Source: a virus (taxonomy: Duplodnaviria > Caudoviricetes). Taken from it: a stretch of 64,000 nucleotides of DNA. The stretch covers positions 32,001-96,000 of IMG/VR virus record IMGVR_UViG_3300036783_000180; one strand, given 5' to 3'. Shown piece by piece: positions 1-10,135 of this stretch; within the stretch, counting starts at the first letter, position 1; each line of letters starts with the position of its first letter. Position numbers and translations under genes: made by a program. The notes under the pieces were generated by a model, which had not been told where the DNA came from, did no database searches, and saw nothing but the letters and a program-made list of their open reading frames with translations.

Positions 1-41
1 AATTATTGCGTTGAAGTTTGGTAAATAAAGGAGAATGTAAA

Positions 42-518
42 ATGGAAATGGAAGCAACAGGCTTATACGGATTACAATTAGAAACGGAAGCGCCATACAG
101 ATTATTATATGTAATGGGCGACGAAGAATTAAAACAAGTAATGAGAGATGTGTACTTAGCAACTTGCACTGCAATAAAGCCACCTTTATTTAAAAGGATT
201 TTATCTGAAGTTATGATGAATGGAGTTCTTGTTTATGTATTCGCAGAACACGCAAAACGCTCCCCCGAACGTTTTGGACTAGAACAACGAACTGCTGATA
301 TGTTTCATGCAGATGTAATGAGTTTCGGTATGGGCGAAAACAGTGAGTTCTTAGAATTTGCACTTTCTCATGTATCCGATTACTTCTTAGGAGAGTTCGA
401 AAGCGACATAGAAATATTTATGAACATACAGAACTACAGCTACTTAGTAGAAGATAGAGTTAATATTCATTCATCTGAGGAAACTATCAGAAATCCACCT
501 GTTATCGGGGTTTGGTAA
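42..518 (+). CDS. hypothetical protein
   Basis: ORF 18..518; ATG at 42 follows AAGGAG SD. Confidence 0.7.
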   Translation: MEMEATGLYGLQLETEAPYRLLYVMGDEELKQVMRDVYLATCTAIKPPLFKRILSEVMMNGVLVYVFAEHAKRSPERFGLEQRTADMFHADVMSFGMGENSEFLEFALSHVSDYFLGEFESDIEIFMNIQNYSYLVEDRVNIHSSEETIRNPPVIGVW

Positions 519-557
519 TAGGTGGATTCTTTACATATAGAAGGGGAGTAAGGTGTA

Positions 558-1358
558 ATGGTGTTGGCGTTAAGTTCATTGAAGACACAGCAGTTAGTAA
601 AACGATTTGACGTAGCCAAGCTCTTAGAAAGTTCTTTGGACATGTCATATTGGAAGGGGGATGATTGCACAAAAGGAGTGTTTTTTACAGATGAATATGG
701 TTACTCACTCAACAAGGTAGTTGCTATTAGAGTAAATCATCATGAAGCTGCACCAGAAGTTTTTTATTCTTTTAATGAAAGTGAGGAAGAGGAAGGTGGT
801 ACCGTGATAACAACGTATCCTTATAAAGATTTAGCACTACTTCCAAGAAAGCATCATTTGTTATTTAACGAGGAAAGGATTGAGAAGAACAATTTGGACA
901 AAGTGTTCGAAAGAAAGGAGATATTAAAATCAATTAGTATAAAACCAAATGAGGTTGCCGAGACGATTGAAAAACAATTTCCAAACAAACGTCAGAGAGA
1001 TCGGACTCAATTGGTTATGAGTGTTAAGGATGATGAATTGTTACTTGAAGCAACCAAGAAAAAGAAAGTTACTTTTTCGGAAATCGTGAAGTATGATACA
1101 ATTACATCGCAAGACATTATTGAACTACAACAACCTACTTACGATTTGAGTCATTGGAAAACAGATAAAAAATCCAATGAAATAAAAGGAGCGATTAATG
1201 CTCATACTTTATGTTACTTGCTTCATGTGTTTCGAAGTTTCAATTCTGTTATCTTTCATTTTGAAGAGGATAGAATTTTTATGGTAAGCAACCCTACAGA
1301 CACAAAAACAGAAGTTGCACCTACTATCGAAGTTGTTGTAAGTTTAATGAAGAGTTAA
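558..1358 (+). CDS. hypothetical protein, possibly a divergent sliding-clamp-like replication factor
   Basis: 266 aa directly upstream of the primase; C-terminal INAHTLCYLL...VIFHF...EVVVSLMK loosely resembles a beta-clamp end; function speculative. Confidence 0.4.
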   Translation: MVLALSSLKTQQLVKRFDVAKLLESSLDMSYWKGDDCTKGVFFTDEYGYSLNKVVAIRVNHHEAAPEVFYSFNESEEEEGGTVITTYPYKDLALLPRKHHLLFNEERIEKNNLDKVFERKEILKSISIKPNEVAETIEKQFPNKRQRDRTQLVMSVKDDELLLEATKKKKVTFSEIVKYDTITSQDIIELQQPTYDLSHWKTDKKSNEIKGAINAHTLCYLLHVFRSFNSVIFHFEEDRIFMVSNPTDTKTEVAPTIEVVVSLMKS

Positions 1359-1384
1359 CGTGTGTTTAGAGGGAGGAAATAAGA

Positions 1385-4300
1385 TTGAGTTGGTATAAGA
1401 AGGTTAACAAATACATCGATGAAAATTTGCTAGATTTCATCAAGGAGTTTTACGGGGATAACGGTTGTGATACACAAAAAATTTCAAGAGCAATTCGTGT
1501 TAATCCTTGTCCTAGTTGCGGTCATAAGGATTGTTTCTCTTTCGCAACTGAAATGAATGCCTTCAACTGTTTCTCTTGTGAAGTCAGCGGCAACAGGATT
1601 AATTCATTATCAATTATTTTAAATTTATCGGATGAAGAAATAAGAAAGAGGATTTTTGACTGGTCTGGAATTGATTATGTACCTAACCAAGTTCATGACC
1701 AACAGGTTCAAAAAGAGCGCGAACACAATAGTAGGATTAAACTAATCCATGATACAGCATTACAATTGTTCTCGTATATGTTGAAGAACAACCAAGAATC
1801 AAAAGCACTTTATCATCAAACAGGAATAAGAAAGCATCAGGTTGAATACTTAGAAAAATACCATGTAGGTTATTCCGTTGATAATCGCATCTTAAGGAAT
1901 GGATTAGAAAAGTCACCGCATAATTTCACAGAAGAAGAAATTAAAGAAGGCTTGAAATTAGTAGGTGTACCAGAAGGATACTTTGTATATCCTTACTTCG
2001 ATAAGACGGGTAATCTAATTCGTGTTAATACAAAATTACATGAACGAATTTGTATGGGCAACCAACGTAATGATGGTAGTTTCGAATTCAATTGTGGATA
2101 CAGAACAACTGATTTATCTGCAAAAGCAATAGAAGATCATAAGGCTAGACCGTCAAATAAAAATCACGTACTGAGTTCGGATGGTTTTTCTCGTGGTGAA
2201 AAGACAGAAGCTTTCTACTATGCAAAAGGAAAATTGAAACGACAAAAGTTCGCTATACTTCTTGAAGGTGAGAACGATGTTATTTCGGTGGACGAAGCAC
2301 TAGGATGTTTACCTAAGCAATATCAACGCGACTTCATACCAATAGGTCTAGGTGGTCGAATGGATGAAGCTAGTTTCGATGGTTTATTCCTAAGACAATT
2401 CGATGCTATTTACGAATGTTTTGACCATGATGAAGCAGGCGACAAATACAGAGAATTGTTAGACGAAAAATTACCTGACATTCCTGTATACTCCATTAAA
2501 TTCGATGAAGATTACAACGACATCGATGCGTACTTAAAGTCCGGTGTAGTAGCGGATGGATTAAAAGATGCAATCGACAACGCTGAGTACAGAGAAACAC
2601 ATCACTTCATTATCAATCGTGATACAAAATCTCACAAATGGAGTTTGGTGAACAGAAAGTACGAAATTGTTTTCGATATAAATAGATACAATCACAAGAA
2701 AGGATTCCCTGAAGGAACGATTTCTGTAAATAAAGGTGGGCAACCAGTTTTCGAAAAAGATGGAGACTTAGCTTCAGCTAGATTGGATAACTATCTGAAT
2801 ACACCTAAGCTTCTATTCGTTCGAAAACTGAAAGAGTATTACCAAAGTGTAGAAATGACATCCAATGGACCACAAAGAAGTTTCGAAGAATTGATAGATA
2901 TCTATCCGTACACTGCAAAGAAAAACACAGTAGTTAAACATTTGTCTATTTACTTAGCAAATAAAGACGAAAAAGATTTCGAGATAGCAGTTAAACGTTT
3001 AGCAAAACTAGGCAGCAAAGTACGAAGCCAAGTTCTGCAAGAAGTCAATTCTTCAAGGTCTGACGACATAAAGAATCCTAATCAGATTCCTGAAGTTACG
3101 TTGTCTCAATTCTTCAGTGTCCAAAATGATGATGCTTTCTTTTACTTCACAAAGTTCTTAAAAGACGATGAGGAAGACACGAACGAAACAAAGAAGCTTC
3201 CATTTCTTCTTACAAATAAGAAAGAAGAAATCAGATTGGATTTAATCAAACGGAAAACACCACAAAGTGTATTACTCGTGAAAAAGAAATACCAATTACC
3301 TAGTGAGGTACCGACAGCCATCATGGACCCGGATGGAGCTTCTTTACAACAGGAATGGGCTGAAAAGTGGAGGCTAGGGCAATTAGATCCTGAAGAGTAC
3401 GCACCATCAAAGTTGATACAAGAAATAGAAGAGTTCGTTAACCGATGTTACTACCTAGAACCAGATACAGTAAAAGTTCTGTCTCTATGGATTTATGCAA
3501 CGTACTTCTATACGATATTCAAAGCAGGATTCCCTTACTTATTAATCACAGGTGAAAAGGGAACAGGTAAAACGACTGCCGATATGTTGATTTACCTACT
3601 ATCATTAAACGCAAAATTAGCATTACAAATGTCAGAGTCAGCGTTATTCCGTGCTATTAGTCAACAGGGCGGAACATTTATCCTGGATGAAATTGAGAAT
3701 TTAAATGATAAGAAAAACGTTGATAATAATGCAATGGCAACAATTCTAAAGGGTGGTTATTCCGATACAGGTAAAATCTATAGAACAAATATGGATCAAG
3801 GTTCTGGTGGTAATGTAGAAGGATTCTCTGCTTTTGGACCGAAGGTTATTTCAAACATCAATGGTTTGGATGAGGTTATTGGTGACCGTTGTATTTTCAT
3901 TAAAACGATTCGTGCACCTGAAAGTAAGATTCAAGATTTAGAAGATGTTCAGTTTTATAGAGATGGAACAGGTCTTGAGGAAGTAAAAGCCATCACTTCT
4001 AAATGTGTGATATCAGCATTAACTTACTTCAAAGAGGTGTACGATCTTTACTATAATCCGCGTTCTAAGATTTCGACAGGTAACGCACGTTTATCGCAAA
4101 TCGTTAAACCGTTAATGACTATGGCGCAATTTGTAGGTGAAGAGTACGAAGAGGCTTTAATGCGATTCTATAAAAATGAAATTTCTCCAGTCAAAGAAGA
4201 ATTATCCGTTTCTTCTCTAGAGGGTATGGTTAAACATTTAATCAAAACAGTTGCATTGGAATTATCTGGTGTAACTACAACTAAGTGGGCAACACAACAT

Positions 4301-4648
4301 CACGAAAGTATGTATCCCACACCTATCGACTACGACGAGAAAAGTGGAATATTCAGCATGGATATTATGCACTTCTTCACTTTAGCTGAAGCTTCTAATA
4401 ACGATACACCAGTTGAACTGAATGCACTACGCAAAACGATTAAACAAACGTTTAAGAATCAAGCTGAGTACATGGCTAGGACAACGAAGAGAAGCGTAGG
4501 TATTGTGGACGAAGGCTTGCAAAGACGTTTAAATGGAAAGAAGCGTATGTTAGTAGACGTAATTTCATTCAACGTAAATGATTACTTAACTGATGCAGAA
4601 AAAGAAACGATGAATCCAAACAGAGTTCCAGAAAAATCACTATTCTAA
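1385..4648 (+). CDS. primase-helicase fusion (Zn finger + TOPRIM + P-loop NTPase)
   Basis: N-terminal CPSC..DC..CFSC; TOPRIM LLEGEND and FDHDEAG; Walker A GEKGTGKT, Walker B ILDEIE; TTG start after GGAGG. Confidence 0.85.
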   Translation: MSWYKKVNKYIDENLLDFIKEFYGDNGCDTQKISRAIRVNPCPSCGHKDCFSFATEMNAFNCFSCEVSGNRINSLSIILNLSDEEIRKRIFDWSGIDYVPNQVHDQQVQKEREHNSRIKLIHDTALQLFSYMLKNNQESKALYHQTGIRKHQVEYLEKYHVGYSVDNRILRNGLEKSPHNFTEEEIKEGLKLVGVPEGYFVYPYFDKTGNLIRVNTKLHERICMGNQRNDGSFEFNCGYRTTDLSAKAIEDHKARPSNKNHVLSSDGFSRGEKTEAFYYAKGKLKRQKFAILLEGENDVISVDEALGCLPKQYQRDFIPIGLGGRMDEASFDGLFLRQFDAIYECFDHDEAGDKYRELLDEKLPDIPVYSIKFDEDYNDIDAYLKSGVVADGLKDAIDNAEYRETHHFIINRDTKSHKWSLVNRKYEIVFDINRYNHKKGFPEGTISVNKGGQPVFEKDGDLASARLDNYLNTPKLLFVRKLKEYYQSVEMTSNGPQRSFEELIDIYPYTAKKNTVVKHLSIYLANKDEKDFEIAVKRLAKLGSKVRSQVLQEVNSSRSDDIKNPNQIPEVTLSQFFSVQNDDAFFYFTKFLKDDEEDTNETKKLPFLLTNKKEEIRLDLIKRKTPQSVLLVKKKYQLPSEVPTAIMDPDGASLQQEWAEKWRLGQLDPEEYAPSKLIQEIEEFVNRCYYLEPDTVKVLSLWIYATYFYTIFKAGFPYLLITGEKGTGKTTADMLIYLLSLNAKLALQMSESALFRAISQQGGTFILDEIENLNDKKNVDNNAMATILKGGYSDTGKIYRTNMDQGSGGNVEGFSAFGPKVISNINGLDEVIGDRCIFIKTIRAPESKIQDLEDVQFYRDGTGLEEVKAITSKCVISALTYFKEVYDLYYNPRSKISTGNARLSQIVKPLMTMAQFVGEEYEEALMRFYKNEISPVKEELSVSSLEGMVKHLIKTVALELSGVTTTKWATQHHESMYPTPIDYDEKSGIFSMDIMHFFTLAEASNNDTPVELNALRKTIKQTFKNQAEYMARTTKRSVGIVDEGLQRRLNGKKRMLVDVISFNVNDYLTDAEKETMNPNRVPEKSLF

Positions 4649-4652
4649 TGTT

Positions 4653-4682
4653 AGACCGCTAAGTATACTTGGCGGTCTTTTC
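4653..4682 (+). terminator. intrinsic terminator after primase
   Basis: AGACCGCTAAG-TATA-CTTGGCGGTCT then T run. Confidence 0.8.
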
Positions 4683-4697
4683 ATATTCGGAAGGAGA

Positions 4698-4967
4698 ATG
4701 AATTTGAAAAGAAGAACACGCTTAGTATACGATGACAAAAATTATGTCGAAGCGGGCTATTTAGATGGCACTTGTCCAAACTGTAAGAGTTGGGAAGCAC
4801 CTACGACAACAACAGAATTAAAAAGGATAAGGAATCCAGAAGTGTACATAGGAAGTGGCCCTATCTTAAAAGATAAGAATGTCGGATACGATAAACTTGT
4901 TTGGAAAGAGTACTTTGAGTGCCCTGTTTGCCGCACAAGGTTCTCTGTACGGTTCAATGACCTTTAG
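4698..4967 (+). CDS. small Zn-ribbon protein
   Basis: CPNC...CPVC; AAGGAG upstream. Confidence 0.6.
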   Translation: MNLKRRTRLVYDDKNYVEAGYLDGTCPNCKSWEAPTTTTELKRIRNPEVYIGSGPILKDKNVGYDKLVWKEYFECPVCRTRFSVRFNDL

Positions 4968-4982
4968 TGTCATTTAGTGCCC

Positions 4983-5005
4983 AAAACTTGTTATAAGTAA
5001 AGTGA
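4983..5005 (+). promoter_or_regulatory. conserved 23-bp phage motif, copy 1 (AAAACTTGTTATAAGTAAAGTGA)
   Basis: identical copies at 45560 and 59923; followed by purine-rich leader, SD and short ORF. Confidence 0.8.
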
Positions 5006-5057
5006 GAAAAGGGAAGACAAATAAAATAAAATAACATATAAAAAGGAGAAATGAAAA

Positions 5058-5258
5058 ATGAACGGAATCGCAAAAGTAGGTTTACAGGTATTAAAAGGAG
5101 CAGGAAGATTAATGAAGATGGGGGCAATCTACACATTATCAAACGAATTACAAAGCATCAACAAAAATGAATCAAAGCAATTCAATAGGGAAGTAAGAAC
5201 AGGAGCAGAAGACACAGTAAGAAAGTTCAAACTAATCAAAAGTGATGACCAAATGTAG
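5058..5258 (+). CDS. small hypothetical protein, amphipathic N-terminus
   Basis: AAAAGGAG SD; downstream of motif copy 1. Confidence 0.75.
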   Translation: MNGIAKVGLQVLKGAGRLMKMGAIYTLSNELQSINKNESKQFNREVRTGAEDTVRKFKLIKSDDQM

Positions 5259-5283
5259 TAGCATTATGCTACTACATTTTTTT
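5251..5283 (+). terminator. terminator overlapping stop codon
   Basis: AAATGTAGTAGCAT-T-ATGCTACTACATTT (14-bp arms) then T run. Confidence 0.75.
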
Positions 5284-5308
5284 CGCCAAACTAAGGAGGA
5301 TATAAACC

Positions 5309-6097
5309 ATGATGAAAAACTTTGCAATTATGACACCTTTCAAATTGAACTGGAAGTATGTAGTTCCTTATGACTTTGAAAGACTGCAATACTTTGTTAC
5401 GCCACGAGTATCTATTTTATTTGATAGAATCACAAACGGAAAACGAAACTTCTTTTTAGGTTCATTTTTAGCCGGAGGAAATAGAGACAAATTCGCAAAT
5501 GAATTTATGCCACAGTTATCTAAAGAGCGTATTGATATGGCTTTTGAAACAGATACCATTTCAGCGTTCTTAACACAAGAGGATGCAGAAAGTTGCCAAG
5601 CTCTTTTTGATGAAGAACAATTCTTTTGCTTCCGCGTTACTTTGCTTTTAGATGGAGCGGAAACGGATCTAAGAGCATTGCCGGAAGAAGATTATTATAA
5701 AGCGTTAGAAATTCTATCAACAGAATTAAAAGTGGTAACGATTATGGATTTAGAAGCACAAGAAGAAACTCTTGCCGATATGTATAGAGAGACAAGAGAA
5801 GAAGTTGAAAAAGGAATGCTGAATGAAGCAAGAAAGAAAGAAGAAACAATTACAGACGGTGAACAATCTGGAAAGATAGCAATACTAAAAGGTGCTTTAG
5901 GTGCATTAGCTACCACTGCAAGTGTATATTGTGCGGCAACTACCAAAAGGATGATTAGACGAGGCGGTAAGGCAGGTATAGCAATCGGAAGTATTTGCAG
6001 TGTACTTAGTTTCGGATTCTCACTAGTAGGTCGGAGTTTAATGAAAACATCAATTAACCATTTCAAAAAAGGGAAGGTAGGATTCATCAATGTCTAA
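5309..6097 (+). CDS. hypothetical membrane protein
   Basis: AAGGAGG SD; two hydrophobic Gly/Ala-rich C-terminal segments. Confidence 0.7.
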   Translation: MMKNFAIMTPFKLNWKYVVPYDFERLQYFVTPRVSILFDRITNGKRNFFLGSFLAGGNRDKFANEFMPQLSKERIDMAFETDTISAFLTQEDAESCQALFDEEQFFCFRVTLLLDGAETDLRALPEEDYYKALEILSTELKVVTIMDLEAQEETLADMYRETREEVEKGMLNEARKKEETITDGEQSGKIAILKGALGALATTASVYCAATTKRMIRRGGKAGIAIGSICSVLSFGFSLVGRSLMKTSINHFKKGKVGFINV

Positions 6098-7076
6098 CAT
6101 CGTAGTATCACAACCGCAAGATGATTTTAATCACAGATTTTTTAAGGATGGTAGTGGCTTAGCGAATCCTCGTTCCAAAGAAGTTGCTTACAAATCAAAC
6201 GAAGAATTAGATGCTGAATACAAAGTAAACTTCGATAGCAAAATGAATAACTTCTTCGGCATTGAAGGTGGAATAGCAGAACTAACAAAGATGAGTATTC
6301 CGTCCATTAATTTAGCTCAAGAAGAAGTAAAGCATAAGCAATTAAAGGTAGAGAACTTAGAAGTAACGAAAGACAAATACAACGAAGATCGTTATGCTAT
6401 GGAAACCTTAACGTTCGATAAGGAATATGTTAAGCGTAAGCAAGAAGAAGAAAAAGAGAAAATTAGAAACGGCGAATCTATTTCTCGTTCTACAGATTAT
6501 GTAGTAGAAGATAAACCAGCTTATGCCGATGGTTCCCCTTGGAACAAAGATGAACCAGAATCAAGAGGTCGTGGTTACTTCGGTCAGAAAGAGAAAGGAG
6601 TAAACAAAGAAACAGTTTACTTCTCAGATAGAAACTCTTCTAATCGCGATACAAAACGTGGTGGCTATAACACGACAGATGATAAAGGAACACCTAGACG
6701 CGAAAGGAAAGTTGATTCAGTGTATGACCATATGGGGCGCATCGCACAAAGCACACAAGATACAGCAATGAAAACAAAACCTTGGAAGCATTACGCAAAA
6801 GAGGAATCTAATAAATCTGGTTGGAATTCTAGAAATGAAAAGAGATCGTTATTAGGTCGAGTTAAAGCATTTATGAGAAAGCCAAAATTCCGTATCACAG
6901 CAAAAGTCGGTATGCTGATGTCATTACAATTAGGAATGGCTATGGTCGGAAAGAAATATGAGTTCGAAGGAATGGGCCAAGCAGCAATGTTCCTTGCAAT
7001 GATGATGGGTGTATTCTACCTGACTAAAGAACTTCAGAATGAAGACTTCGACATCCGAGGTTTAGGTATTTTATAG
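6090..7076 (+). CDS. hypothetical membrane-anchored protein
   Basis: charged low-complexity body, two C-terminal hydrophobic helices; overlaps previous stop. Confidence 0.7.
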   Translation: MSNIVVSQPQDDFNHRFFKDGSGLANPRSKEVAYKSNEELDAEYKVNFDSKMNNFFGIEGGIAELTKMSIPSINLAQEEVKHKQLKVENLEVTKDKYNEDRYAMETLTFDKEYVKRKQEEEKEKIRNGESISRSTDYVVEDKPAYADGSPWNKDEPESRGRGYFGQKEKGVNKETVYFSDRNSSNRDTKRGGYNTTDDKGTPRRERKVDSVYDHMGRIAQSTQDTAMKTKPWKHYAKEESNKSGWNSRNEKRSLLGRVKAFMRKPKFRITAKVGMLMSLQLGMAMVGKKYEFEGMGQAAMFLAMMMGVFYLTKELQNEDFDIRGLGIL

Positions 7077-7077
7077 G

Positions 7078-7128
7078 TTGCACTTCCTTGTCTTTCTATA
7101 GTATAATAGCCCCATAAGGCAAGGAGGT
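7078..7128 (+). promoter_or_regulatory. sigma-A promoter inside an SD-occluding hairpin
   Basis: TTGCAC 7078-83, 18 bp, TATAAT 7102-07; arms 7082-94 and 7116-28 pair (13 bp, 2 GU) over AAGGAGG. Confidence 0.7.
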
Positions 7129-7136
7129 CATTGAAC

Positions 7137-7280
7137 ATGAAGGAACAATTTAAACAGGCAGCTAAAGAAATAGGAATCCAAATTGTAGTGTTAGCATGTA
7201 GCAAGGTGATTGAAATCATCAGTAGCGCACCTGTTAACGCACCGACAAAAGAATTACCAAGCGCTACACAAAGCAAGTAA
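7137..7280 (+). CDS. 47-aa protein MKEQFKQAAKEIGIQIVVLACSKVIEIISS... (not in ORF track)
   Basis: own promoter, AAGGAGG SD, downstream 17-bp hairpin. Confidence 0.7.
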   Translation: MKEQFKQAAKEIGIQIVVLACSKVIEIISSAPVNAPTKELPSATQSK

Positions 7281-7313
7281 TATTAATTATATAAACAATA
7301 TTTCATTTACATA

Positions 7314-7357
7314 GAAGATTGTGGGTTCCCTTAGGGGAGCTCGCAATCTTCATTTTA
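7314..7357 (+). terminator. hairpin/terminator
   Basis: GAAGATTGTGGGTTCCC-TTAG-GGGAGCTCGCAATCTTC, GU pairs favour + strand. Confidence 0.6.
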
Positions 7358-7374
7358 TATCGAGGTGATAACAC

Positions 7375-9372
7375 ATGAAGTTGGATATAAGAAGTAATGA
7401 ACTTGTCTTTACTTATATAGAGAGCAACAAAGTACCTCTAGTACTAGCTGCTTTAGAACGAGACAAGTCTATACGCTATCGTAATGTAAAAGGAACTATA
7501 CATGTACCACTTAGATATTTCGATAAAGCGCGTAGTGTACTGCGTGAATTTAGAAATGATATCAGCTATACGTTACGGTATGAAAAGTTTGCTCATTTGT
7601 TCGTAACGAACAACAATACAATCACAATAGATTGGTATCCTTGTGAATCGTATATAACAGGGAAAATTCCGTTCGATTTAATCATTCCAAACACATCTTA
7701 CTTTAACAAAGGCGCACACAATAACGAGTCGTACAAAAAGGGGCGTTGGGACGGACTTGTACATCTATTTGATACAATGACAGGTAAGTTTCCTTCGGGA
7801 CTCATAGAGCGGATTGTGAAGGGTTTAAATGAACGTGGTTTACAATACAGAGTGAATCGCATGTTTGATTACCCTACTCCTGACTTAGATATGAATCCTA
7901 AGTTTACATTCACACCGATGGAAGACCAAGTGAAAGCGGTAGACTCGCTAGACAAAAGCAACACAGGAATCGCAAAGTGTCCTACAGGATTCGGGAAAAC
8001 ATCTTACGTAGCGGCTGAATTAATTAGTCGAAAAGGAGTACGTTCTTTATTCTTAGCGAACCAACGCATCCTTATTAACGATGCTAAGAAAGACTTTTTA
8101 GCAGTCTTCTCTGATTCAAATGTGAAAATCGGAGTGATCGGCGACGGCGAATTTAATCCAGGAGATATTACAGTAGCTTCTATTCAAGGTATAGTAGCCG
8201 CACTAACTCCACCTTCACCTTTAGAGCGAACAAAAATTGAAACAGAATTGAAGTACGCTGAAGCGAAAGGCGATCCGAAAGAAATCAAAAAGTTCAAAAC
8301 GAAATTAACTAGATATGACAATCGAGTAGAACGTCATAAGTTAATCGTGCCATTCTTAAAAACCGTTAAATTATTTATAGTGGATGAAGGACAGGTATTA
8401 GGAACCGATATGTGGAACAAGTTTTTAACAGCTTGTCCAGCTCCATATCGTTATACTTTATCAGCTACACCTATTCGTACCGACGGTGGCGAAATATCCA
8501 TTATAGGCGCAACCGGAGAACGAAGATTCGAGTCATCAGCAGATGAACAAATACAAAAAGGTAGGCTATCGGAGTTCAGAAGTTACTTTCGTAAATTTGA
8601 CCACAAGGTATCGAAAGATATACAGAAAACATTAACGATGGATTACCACCAAGCGTACAATATGTTCATCGTTGAAAATAGGCCTAGAAACGAACACCTT
8701 TGCAACGTTGTAATTGATTTAATAAAAGAAGGTTATAGTGTATTAGCACTTGTGACAAGAAAAGCACACGCTGCCATCATACAAGAAATGCTGATAGAAA
8801 AAGGAATATCCGAAGATAAATTCTTCTACGTGGACGGAGACACCGCTAAGAAGAAACGAGAAACAAAGATAGATGAATTTCGAGCAAGTAAGTTCCCTGT
8901 ATTAATTGGAACATCCGTTTTCGATGTAGGTTTTAATGCTAAGAACGCTTCTAAAATTGTTCGCTTTAATGGTGGAGGTTCAGAGGTTAGAGAGCCACAA
9001 CGTGCAGGTCGTACCGTTCGTAAACGTGATGACAATAGTATCGGAGAAAGTTACGACTTACTTGATATTAACGTTCCTTTCTTCGAGAACCAAGCGCATA
9101 AACGAATCAAAATTCTAAAAGAAGAATTCGGTCATCATCGTGTACAAGTTTTACCGGATATGCCGATTGAAGGTGAATTCGATGTTGTTCGTCTCCAAGA
9201 GTTTGCGATGCGAGTTCAAGAGACAGACGAAGCTAGAGGCAAGGAAATCCTAGAGCAGTTAACGTTTGTGGGCACAGACATAGAAGCGCCAACCGAATTC
9301 GAAAACTTAAAAGACGAGTTCAAAGATAGAAATTTAGAAAGTTTATTTGCAGAATTAGAATTTAAAGAATAG
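7375..9372 (+). CDS. superfamily 2 DNA helicase (UvsW/SSL2-like)
   Basis: CPTGFGKT, motif II VDEGQ, SATP, DVGFN, QRAGR. Confidence 0.85.
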   Translation: MKLDIRSNELVFTYIESNKVPLVLAALERDKSIRYRNVKGTIHVPLRYFDKARSVLREFRNDISYTLRYEKFAHLFVTNNNTITIDWYPCESYITGKIPFDLIIPNTSYFNKGAHNNESYKKGRWDGLVHLFDTMTGKFPSGLIERIVKGLNERGLQYRVNRMFDYPTPDLDMNPKFTFTPMEDQVKAVDSLDKSNTGIAKCPTGFGKTSYVAAELISRKGVRSLFLANQRILINDAKKDFLAVFSDSNVKIGVIGDGEFNPGDITVASIQGIVAALTPPSPLERTKIETELKYAEAKGDPKEIKKFKTKLTRYDNRVERHKLIVPFLKTVKLFIVDEGQVLGTDMWNKFLTACPAPYRYTLSATPIRTDGGEISIIGATGERRFESSADEQIQKGRLSEFRSYFRKFDHKVSKDIQKTLTMDYHQAYNMFIVENRPRNEHLCNVVIDLIKEGYSVLALVTRKAHAAIIQEMLIEKGISEDKFFYVDGDTAKKKRETKIDEFRASKFPVLIGTSVFDVGFNAKNASKIVRFNGGGSEVREPQRAGRTVRKRDDNSIGESYDLLDINVPFFENQAHKRIKILKEEFGHHRVQVLPDMPIEGEFDVVRLQEFAMRVQETDEARGKEILEQLTFVGTDIEAPTEFENLKDEFKDRNLESLFAELEFKE

Positions 9373-9383
9373 GAGAAAATATC

Positions 9384-9836
9384 ATGAAGAATACAAAAAT
9401 CATATCAGGGTTCCCCGGAGTGGGGAAAAGCTTCGCCACTAATAATACAAGTGGCGAACTAATCATTTTAGATTCAGACAGCAGCAACTTTTCTTGGATT
9501 GCACCTGGAGAAAGACATCCGTTATTCCCTCAAAATTACATGCAACACATTGAAGAAAACTTAGGGAAAGTGGATTACATCTTTGTTTCTTCTCACGATA
9601 ATGTGCGAGAAGCTTTAGCTGATAGAGGAATAGAGTATACATTGGTATATCCAGCAGCAGGTTTAAAAGAGGAATACATTGAACGATACCGCAAAAGAGG
9701 GAACCCACCTGCATTTATTAATTTTATTGACGGAAAGTGGGATGATTTTATCGCTAACATCGAACAAGAGACATTCCCTAAATTAGTTGAATTAACAAAT
9801 GGAGAATACCTCGCTGACGTTTTAGATAAGATATAA
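9384..9836 (+). CDS. small P-loop kinase-like protein
   Basis: N-terminal IISGFPGVGKS, LDSDSS. Confidence 0.7.
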   Translation: MKNTKIISGFPGVGKSFATNNTSGELIILDSDSSNFSWIAPGERHPLFPQNYMQHIEENLGKVDYIFVSSHDNVREALADRGIEYTLVYPAAGLKEEYIERYRKRGNPPAFINFIDGKWDDFIANIEQETFPKLVELTNGEYLADVLDKI

Positions 9837-9862
9837 AAAAGAGTGCCATATGGCACTCTTTT
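9837..9862. terminator. bidirectional terminator between convergent genes
   Basis: perfect 26-bp palindrome AAAAGAGTGCCATATGGCACTCTTTT. Confidence 0.8.
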
Positions 9863-10130
9863 ACTTTTTGCTTGTAGTTTGCTTAATGACTTGATGACCA
9901 AGTACAGAAGCTCCTGAAACTAATACACCCTGAATGATAGCTTGTACACTGAATCCCATTAAACCAATAGAACCAGCGATACCTAAACCAATTAAGATCC
10001 AAGGGATTACCCAATCAGCAACTTTATTAGATTGCTTCAAGAAATACCCAATGATCCATAATACAGGAATTAAAACTAAAGCATCTTCTAAAATAAATGA
10101 TGATGCTAATTCCATCATATTTGTATCCAT
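9861..10130 (-). CDS. holin (Hol44 / Phage_holin_5_2-like)
   Basis: 89 aa, three hydrophobic segments, LIPVLWIIGYFLK..KVADWVIPWIL..AIIQGVLVSG..HQVIKQ; last gene of the tail cluster. Confidence 0.8.
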   Translation of the reverse strand: MDTNMMELASSFILEDALVLIPVLWIIGYFLKQSNKVADWVIPWILIGLGIAGSIGLMGFSVQAIIQGVLVSGASVLGHQVIKQTTSKK

Positions 10131-10135
10131 AAGAA

